This document shows positions 24,211-30,545 of a DNA stretch of 30,545 nt, piece by piece. The first letter of the stretch is position 1, and the number at the start of each line of letters is the position of its first letter. Position numbers and translations under genes: made by a program. The stretch is taken from positions 1 to 30,545 of the IMG/VR virus record IMGVR_UViG_3300032271_001718, one strand, 5' to 3'. The notes under the pieces were generated by a model. That model saw nothing but the letters and a program-made list of their open reading frames with translations, was not told where the DNA came from and did no database searches. Source of the stretch: a virus (lineage: Duplodnaviria; Caudoviricetes).

Positions 24211-25029
24211 TTATGAAACCTTTGTTTCCTTAAGACATTTTATATAAGATTTAAATCCCTCGTCTAAACCAGTCAATGATAGGTTAAGACAAGAAAGAAA
24301 ATATCCATTTCCGGTATAGTTTAGCTGAGATCTTGAACTAATGAAAAAAGTTTTTGGTAAGTTGTTAACCTCACAAAATCTATCTAGTGCTTCACTGATT
24401 CGTATTTTTTCTTGATACACTGCGTTCACATCTTTTATGCACCAAGAGTTTTCTGCGCAATCCCTTATTACAACACACAAATCCTGAATACTGATGTAAT
24501 CAAAATATCTATCATTGGTTATTTCAATTAGCCCGTCTGAATTTAAATAACGTGCAAACAATCGTGTAGAAGCTTCTCCTGCACCAAAACAGTTGAATAT
24601 GCGTATGGTATAAAATTTGTCCGTGAAAAAACAGATTCTACTCTTGACATTTAGTCCAAATCCATAACTGTCGCTAGGCATGGCGTCAAATATCTCAGAT
24701 TCAGTTGCTTGATCTATATTTCGATTTCGATCAAACTCTGCGCCCGAACCTAAATTTATAAACTTTCCAAATAATCCTCGACATGCGTGAATATTCATAA
24801 ACAATCCCAGATTGTTTCGACTGTCATCTAGTAAATGTTCAGAAGTATATGATACTGCAGCATTAATCACCACATCATATTTTTCACGCATAAAATGACT
24901 GCGCACTGCTGACGAATCCAACAGATTTAATACGTCTCGTGTTATTTCATGAACTTCATGATCTCTTGACATATCTAGACTAATGTTACGGCCTACAAAT
25001 CCATTGGCCCCTAATATAGCTATTTTCAT
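24211..25029 (-). CDS. NAD-dependent epimerase/reductase (extended SDR)
   Basis: GANGFVG, GSGAE, YGFGLNVK, RIFNCFG. Confidence 0.85.
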   Translation of the reverse strand: MKIAILGANGFVGRNISLDMSRDHEVHEITRDVLNLLDSSAVRSHFMREKYDVVINAAVSYTSEHLLDDSRNNLGLFMNIHACRGLFGKFINLGSGAEFDRNRNIDQATESEIFDAMPSDSYGFGLNVKSRICFFTDKFYTIRIFNCFGAGEASTRLFARYLNSDGLIEITNDRYFDYISIQDLCVVIRDCAENSWCIKDVNAVYQEKIRISEALDRFCEVNNLPKTFFISSRSQLNYTGNGYFLSCLNLSLTGLDEGFKSYIKCLKETKVS

Positions 25030-25433
25030 AGTAAATAGTCCTTGAACTTTTCTAAATTGTCTAATAGATATTGTGGGTGCGTGGTAGGAAGTAGATCTAC
25101 TAATGATACATTATATCCTTTTAAAACATGCTCGACCGCTTCATGCAAAGTAGTTTCATTGTAATCAAATTTTCTTTTTTCGCCAGGAACGATATCACGA
25201 CTGTGCGCCCAACTTCTATGTTTGGCTAAAACTTGCTGTCCACTACTATTGTCCATATTTGTCAGACCATGGCTTGAATCTTTCGTGATCAAAGTTAAAA
25301 GGTTTTTTAATACCGGTGTGTGTTTCGCCGGCTTCTACTACAACAAAATAATCGACGAAACCCCAGTGATGATTTAACTGTATTTCAAAAAGATCATTCT
25401 TCATTCAAAAAGACACCAATCGTATACAGTCAT
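25026..25433 (-). pseudogene. GT17-like pseudogene (frameshift plus internal deletion), paralogue of 19527-20507
   Basis: MTVYDW.. then NDLFEIQLNHHWGFVDYFVVVEAGETHTGIKKPFNFDHERF, joined to MDNSSGQQVLAKHRSWAH...THPQYLLDNLEKFKDYLL. Confidence 0.8.
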
Positions 25434-25466
25434 TTAATACTCTTTTAACATTGTCATTTGTCTTTC

Positions 25467-26126
25467 TTAAAAAATAATCTTTTTCATGATTTCTGAGGCT
25501 AATCGGATTTTTTCTTGATATCTTATTGCTGGATAATGACAAACGAAATCGCCTAGTTGCCAATTTCCGTTATTGCCAAAAAGATCCCAATCATGTGTGT
25601 TACCGTGATCTTGATAGTAATAATCATAGTCAAAACTATTGAAATCTCTCTGAGGATGAATTTTAATGATGCTTTGAAACTGTTCAATGGTGTCGATCAT
25701 CGCTTGTTGTTCTGCCCATTTCTTGTCTAAATATTCTTGTTCCAAACTCAGCAAATACTTGAAATAGTTTTTGCTTTCCAATGTATTGCGTAAAAAATAT
25801 GAACCAGCATTGAGGTTATAACGATCAACTGTGATAATACATTGATAGTCTGGATCGCACCATTGTTCAAGCGTAGTTTGAAAATTTGTTATCATGGCAT
25901 CACAATCCAGCCACCATGTCCATTCAATTTCTGGATTGTTCTCAAGCACCTCCAGATGATATCTAAATTTATCAAACATTATTTCAGGTATTGTTGGACT
26001 AAAATTGTTTGTTTTCACAAATAACTTATATCCATGTCGTTCACAGTAAGGCACTTTGTTTTGAGTGCAGGTTATTTCTGCTAGTTCAGCATATGCTTGA
26101 TCGTGCATGGTCACAATGGCGTACAT
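25467..26126 (-). CDS. Glycosyltransferase family 34-like (GMA12/MNN10 type)
   Basis: NK..YC.RHGY, WWLDCDA (DxD), LNAG, EQ.AM, GDFVCH. Confidence 0.8.
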   Translation of the reverse strand: MYAIVTMHDQAYAELAEITCTQNKVPYCERHGYKLFVKTNNFSPTIPEIMFDKFRYHLEVLENNPEIEWTWWLDCDAMITNFQTTLEQWCDPDYQCIITVDRYNLNAGSYFLRNTLESKNYFKYLLSLEQEYLDKKWAEQQAMIDTIEQFQSIIKIHPQRDFNSFDYDYYYQDHGNTHDWDLFGNNGNWQLGDFVCHYPAIRYQEKIRLASEIMKKIIF

Positions 26127-26151
26127 AAAAACCTCGATGTTAGACGTCAGA

Positions 26152-26159
26152 TATTTATA
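26152..26159 (-). promoter_or_regulatory. T4-like late promoter TATAAATA (minus strand)
   Basis: TATTTATA on the + strand, upstream of SD GAGG and ATG 26126. Confidence 0.55.
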
Positions 26160-26164
26160 GAGTT

Positions 26165-27481
26165 TCAGATTACTGAATTCATAAATTTATTCACTACAGA
26201 ACCAATATATTCTATCTGTTCTGGAGTAATCACAGGGCTGGTACCGTGAAAGAATGTATGCGTCATTGCATGTGTGGCATTTGGAAACTCTGACATTGCT
26301 TTGTTTGGATCCATCAGATGACTATATGCTGGCTGTAGCATGATGTTGCCTGCAAAATATGGTCTAGTCTGAATTAGGTTTTCTTCTAGAAAATCAACCA
26401 ACTGACTTCGTGTGAAAGGAGCAGTGGATCTAACTGTTAGAGGAAAAGCGAACCAACTTGGATTGCTGCCTGCAGTGGCGCGTGGCAAATAAAAGAATTC
26501 TTCATAGTTGCGATAGATATCAAACAATAAATCATAGTTGCGACGACGTAACATGTGAATCTCATCAAGTTTATCTAGCTGAACTAGTCCCATACTGGCC
26601 TGCAATTCAATAGGTTTGAGGTTATATCCTATTTCATCATAAACATATTTGTGGTCAAAAATTTCATTTGGTAATGTCGGAATCCAATTCTTGAATCGTT
26701 CTTTACATGTACCGCATTTGAGCTTGTTGGCTTCAGGTCCAGCGCAGTAGCATCCACGACCCCATTCTCGTAGATTCCTCAAAATCATGTCTTGCATGCT
26801 GTCACTGGTAGCTACGAACCCGCCTTCTCCCATAGTCATGTGATGGGCAGGATAAAAACTGCAGCTAGACATCAATCCAAAACTACCCAATGTCTGGTCA
26901 TTATACGTGCTACCCAGTCCATCACAACAATCTTCCAGTAACACCAGGTTGTATCGATTCACTAGATCCATTACCTGATCCATGTTGGGCGGATTGCCTA
27001 GAACGTGTGCAAAGGTGATCACTCGAATATCATGCTGCTTGATCAGTTCTTCTGCTTTAGTCAAATCAAGATTTAGCGTATCTAGTTCGATGTCTACAAA
27101 CACTGGTTCAAACCCAACTTGCAGCGTAGGATTCAACGTGGTCGGGAATCCTGCAATTGGTGTGAGAACTTTAGTTCCCTTGGGCAAAGCCAATCCTCTC
27201 TTGCTGGTCAGACTAGCCATCATAAGCAGATTACTGCTGCTGCCACTATTGGTCAAAATACCATTTTTATGGCCAAGAATCTTGGAAAACTTTCGCTCAA
27301 ACTTGAGACCATCTGTGCCCAGTACTAGCCAGCCTTTTAAAAGGCTTTCTACCGCCGCAACGTATTCTTCAGAGTTAAAATACGGACCAGCGTAATTTAC
27401 GAAATCTTTGCCGGCTACCCATGTCTTTTTAGACTGTTGTTCTTCTATGTAATGTTTGACCTGATCTAGAATATCTTTCAT
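26165..27481 (-). CDS. rfbH: NDP-4-keto-6-deoxyglucose 3-dehydrase (E1, PMP/2Fe-2S)
   Basis: NSGSSSNL, AHVLGNP, EDCCD, SFYPAHHMTMGEGG (His replacing the PLP Lys), WGRGCYC..CG.C..RF, DHKY..IGYNLK. Confidence 0.93.
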   Translation of the reverse strand: MKDILDQVKHYIEEQQSKKTWVAGKDFVNYAGPYFNSEEYVAAVESLLKGWLVLGTDGLKFERKFSKILGHKNGILTNSGSSSNLLMMASLTSKRGLALPKGTKVLTPIAGFPTTLNPTLQVGFEPVFVDIELDTLNLDLTKAEELIKQHDIRVITFAHVLGNPPNMDQVMDLVNRYNLVLLEDCCDGLGSTYNDQTLGSFGLMSSCSFYPAHHMTMGEGGFVATSDSMQDMILRNLREWGRGCYCAGPEANKLKCGTCKERFKNWIPTLPNEIFDHKYVYDEIGYNLKPIELQASMGLVQLDKLDEIHMLRRRNYDLLFDIYRNYEEFFYLPRATAGSNPSWFAFPLTVRSTAPFTRSQLVDFLEENLIQTRPYFAGNIMLQPAYSHLMDPNKAMSEFPNATHAMTHTFFHGTSPVITPEQIEYIGSVVNKFMNSVI

Positions 27482-27532
27482 TTGAAAACCTTTTTTTAAT
27501 TTTTGGATATAAATTGTGGTGTGAATGGATAT

Positions 27533-27561
27533 AATATATACTTAGTTGTTTATAATGTCAA
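27533..27561 (-). promoter_or_regulatory. sigma70-type promoter for the minus-strand sugar operon
   Basis: Minus-strand TTGACA (27561-27556), 17 nt, TATATT (27538-27533). Confidence 0.6.
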
Positions 27562-27612
27562 GGAGTGAAATTTTTTTTCATCGATTGATAGTCTGTGTGC
27601 ATAAGTATGCAT

Positions 27613-28479
27613 ATGAAAATATACGATTGCTTTACCTTTTTTAACGAATTTGATTTACTAGAAATAAGATTAAAAGAACTTTATGAGGTTGTAGACAAGT
27701 TTGTCATTGTAGAAGGAAACACTACATTTACAAACATTTCTAAACCTTTCCTGTTCGAAGAAAATAAAGAACGATATAAAGACTATGCAGATAAAATTAT
27801 ACATGTCAAAGTACAGATGCCAATGGATCTAGATCCTTGGATAAATGAAAAATTTCAAAGAGATGCAATTTCTATCGGTGTGCAAAATGCTGATGATAAT
27901 GATGTCATATTGATAACAGATCTAGACGAAATTCCTAGAGCCGATGCTATTGCTTCTATTAGAAAAAACCATGATACCTCGATCTGGGCATTGCGTATGC
28001 CGTTGTTTTATTTTAAGTTTAACTATTTGATGTCGTACAACCGCACCCATGGACACTATTCTACCTGGGGGGTCGGCGTTAGAGCCAAACACTTGAATTC
28101 TGCAGATGAACTCAGACGCAACAGGTTTTTTCTAGATTGTTTTCCGTATAATCACTGCGGTGATGGAGTAAGGCTAATTGAACATGCTGGCTGGCAATTC
28201 AGTTATTTAGGAGGCTCAGATTTTGCTAAGTTGAAAATACAGAGTTTTTCTCATACTGAAACGAATAGACCAGAAATAATTGACAATATAGACATTGATT
28301 GTAGTATAGAAAAGGGCGACGGATTGATTCACGACGACGGTGTAAAATTTACTGCGGTCAGTATGGACGAATATTTCCCCAAAGAAGTGGTTAACAACAA
28401 AGAAAAATATAAAGATTATATAATCAGTAAAGCGGAAGAATCAGTGATATCTTTCTTGCCGCCTTCTGTTGTATACTAA
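27613..28479 (+). CDS. Glycosyltransferase family 17-like
   Basis: MKIYDCFTFFNEFDLLEIRL, VEGNTTF, E.FQR, DLDEIP, AGWQFSYLG, SFSH.E. Confidence 0.88.
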   Translation: MKIYDCFTFFNEFDLLEIRLKELYEVVDKFVIVEGNTTFTNISKPFLFEENKERYKDYADKIIHVKVQMPMDLDPWINEKFQRDAISIGVQNADDNDVILITDLDEIPRADAIASIRKNHDTSIWALRMPLFYFKFNYLMSYNRTHGHYSTWGVGVRAKHLNSADELRRNRFFLDCFPYNHCGDGVRLIEHAGWQFSYLGGSDFAKLKIQSFSHTETNRPEIIDNIDIDCSIEKGDGLIHDDGVKFTAVSMDEYFPKEVVNNKEKYKDYIISKAEESVISFLPPSVVY

Positions 28480-28506
28480 CATTTATTATTATTTTAGGGT
28501 TAAACG

Positions 28507-29541
28507 ATGCCAAAAACAGTTTTAATTACCGGCGGTGCCGGATTCATTGCTCACCATGTTATTGATAAAATTTTGCGCGATACAGATTGGAATATCATCA
28601 GTTTGGACAGACTGGATATTTCTGGTAATCTGAATCGACTGCATGACATGCTACAAGAACATGATCGATCAGAAATTGCTCGTCGTATGCGAATCATCTT
28701 TCATGATCTGAAAGCAGAAATAAACAATCAAATTGTGCAAGATATCGGTCATGTTGATATCATTCTGCACCTGGCAGCAGGAAGCCATGTAGATCGCAGC
28801 ATCACTTATCCAATGGAATTTGTTCAGGACAATGTGGTGGGCACTGTGAATGTGCTAGACTATTCCCGCAAGAATCTTCCCAATCTAGAAAAATTTGTGT
28901 ACTTCAGCACAGACGAAATCTTTGGTGTAGCGCCGCCAGGCGTGAGTTATAAGGAATATGATCGCTATAACAGCACGAATCCTTACAGCGCAAGCAAAGC
29001 AGCAGCAGAAGAATTCTGTGTGGCATATGAAAATACTTACAAGATGCCCATGATCATCACACACACCATGAATGTGTTTGGTGAACGGCAGCATCCAGAA
29101 AAGTTTATTCCTGCTACTATTCAAAAGGTTCGAGACGGACAGAAGGTTATTGTTCATGCTGATCCTACCAAAACTCGCGCAGGTACTCGCATGTACATTC
29201 ATGCCAAAGATGTTGCGGATGGGTTGATGTTTATTCTGAATATGTCAGATTATCATCATGTCGATGATTTTGGCGGCGCACATTGTCCAAAGTTTAACCT
29301 GGTAGGCACAGAAGAAATCGATAATCTTACGCTAGCGCAGATGATTGCTGATGCTCAAGGTAAAGAACTGAACTATGAAATGACAGATTTTCATACTAGT
29401 CGTCCAGGACACGATCTGCGTTATGCACTAGATGGCAGTCTACTCAAGAAACTAGGGTGGGAACCCAAGATCAAGCTCAGTGAACGTATTCGAGACATGG
29501 TACATTGGACACTGGCTAACGATCGGTGGCTGCGCAAATGA
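28507..29541 (+). CDS. NDP-glucose 4,6-dehydratase (RmlB-like)
   Basis: TGGAGFI, HLAAGSHVDRSI, STDEIFG, PYSASK, QHPEKFIP, RPGHDLRYA. Confidence 0.9.
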   Translation: MPKTVLITGGAGFIAHHVIDKILRDTDWNIISLDRLDISGNLNRLHDMLQEHDRSEIARRMRIIFHDLKAEINNQIVQDIGHVDIILHLAAGSHVDRSITYPMEFVQDNVVGTVNVLDYSRKNLPNLEKFVYFSTDEIFGVAPPGVSYKEYDRYNSTNPYSASKAAAEEFCVAYENTYKMPMIITHTMNVFGERQHPEKFIPATIQKVRDGQKVIVHADPTKTRAGTRMYIHAKDVADGLMFILNMSDYHHVDDFGGAHCPKFNLVGTEEIDNLTLAQMIADAQGKELNYEMTDFHTSRPGHDLRYALDGSLLKKLGWEPKIKLSERIRDMVHWTLANDRWLRK

Positions 29542-30242
29542 AATCTAATTTAGTTATCATCCCTGCAGGCCCTACTGCATTATTCCAGCAATGGACAGAT
29601 TATAGTAACTATAATTTTGATTTAGCTATCATTAATTGGTCAGGAAACAAATTAGAAAATATTGAAAAAGCTGTCTATTACGAAGAAATGCCTGGCCAGA
29701 AATGGAAATTGATGTATGAATTCGATAAGAAGCACGATCTCAGCCAATATGAATATATTTGGTGTTTAGATGATGATTGTGCCACAGTTCCGGATTTAAT
29801 ACAGTCTACTTTTGATTTCTGTGTCGAAAATGATTTAGATCTAGCTCAACCAGCATTGGAAAGCAGCAGTTATTATAGTCATATTCCAACTCTTATGATC
29901 CCAAATGCTAAAATGCACATAGTGAATACTGTTGAAATCATGTGTCCTATTTTTAGACAGAGAGTTTGGAAAGAATGCATTGAACCCATTGCTAATATGC
30001 CATTAGGTATAGGATATGGATTTGAAGGATATTGGCAAGGTGTCCTGAAAAGCAAAAATGGCATAACAAAATACGGCGGCAAAGTCGCAGTTATAGATCG
30101 TTATCCTGTGTTACACACAAAACCGGTGACACAATTATTTCAATTCAAGAATAAAGGCTTAGACCCAGACCTAGATGGTAGATATTTTTATAACTTAGGT
30201 TATCCATGGTCCTTTGACACGATTGAGGTGATTTATGATTAA
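29538..30242 (+). CDS. DUF707-like putative GT-A glycosyltransferase
   Basis: G.KW, YEYIWCLDDD, LAQPAL..SYYSH, VEIMCP.F, V.H..PV; ATGA overlap with the upstream gene. Confidence 0.65.
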   Translation: MKSNLVIIPAGPTALFQQWTDYSNYNFDLAIINWSGNKLENIEKAVYYEEMPGQKWKLMYEFDKKHDLSQYEYIWCLDDDCATVPDLIQSTFDFCVENDLDLAQPALESSSYYSHIPTLMIPNAKMHIVNTVEIMCPIFRQRVWKECIEPIANMPLGIGYGFEGYWQGVLKSKNGITKYGGKVAVIDRYPVLHTKPVTQLFQFKNKGLDPDLDGRYFYNLGYPWSFDTIEVIYD

Positions 30243-30545
30243 TCTACTAGGAAAAGGATTCGTCGGCGGAGAATTTGCCAAGCTGTATTCTGATATCTTG
30301 GTGAATTCTCGTGATGATTACCAGATAAAGACAGACAATGTGGTGTATTTTATTAGTACCATTGACAATTACAATGTGTTGAACGATCCTTATCTGGATA
30401 TCGATACGAATCTTACTACCCTGGTCAAAGTTCTGGAAACAGGCAAAGATAGACCTAATCTAGTGTTTAATTTTATCAGCAGTTGGTTTGTATATGGCCC
30501 GGTGGACTTGCCTGCTAAAGAAACAGCGCCATGTGATCCTCGCGG
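30235..30545 (+). CDS. NAD-dependent epimerase/dehydratase, N-terminal part (runs off window)
   Basis: MINLLGKGFVG...FISTIDNY...FNFISSWFVYG...PAKE. Not in the ORF track. Confidence 0.8.
   Translation, partial: MINLLGKGFVGGEFAKLYSDILVNSRDDYQIKTDNVVYFISTIDNYNVLNDPYLDIDTNLTTLVKVLETGKDRPNLVFNFISSWFVYGPVDLPAKETAPCDPR

Noticed and set aside
26982-27395. 137-aa plus-strand ORF and other short antisense ORFs in the glycan island
   Set aside because: Antisense to well-conserved enzymes (rfbH etc.), with no motifs or ribosome-binding sites.

Overview
This window looks like part of a large T4-like/jumbo tailed-phage genome. The evidence is dense AT-rich gene packing, TATAAATA late-promoter boxes, sigma70-type early promoters, homing endonucleases, Rnl1 ligase and dCMP deaminase. 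ORFs read through in the standard code. 1-4.1 kb holds the 3' end of queC and a cluster of CCA-ending tRNA genes interrupted by two endonuclease genes, one of which splits a tRNA-Pro. Several RNAs there are structurally odd: tRNA-Tyr and tRNA-Arg lack a D-arm and share the same replacement architecture, tRNA-Ala has a long variable arm, and one tRNA-like RNA has two T-loops and no anticodon arm. 4.1-14.2 kb holds accessory genes (HldE-type kinase, SpeD, kinase-fold protein, frameshifted GSCFA protein, solo YafQ-like nuclease, phosphoesterase plus Rnl1). It also holds an unannotated ~283-nt structured ncRNA and a second tRNA group including Thr(AGU), with duplication scars leading up to dCMP deaminase. 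14.2-30.5 kb is a divergent glycan-biosynthesis island. It encodes RfbH/DdhC, a split ThDP carboligase, DmpF/DmpG and an SDR (an apparent acyl-branched, erwiniose-type sugar pathway), a second uncharacterised sugar-phosphate module, several GT17/GT34/DUF707-like transferases and two internally deleted pseudogenes. All assignments come from reading motifs and base-pairing by eye; no searches or folding programs were run.
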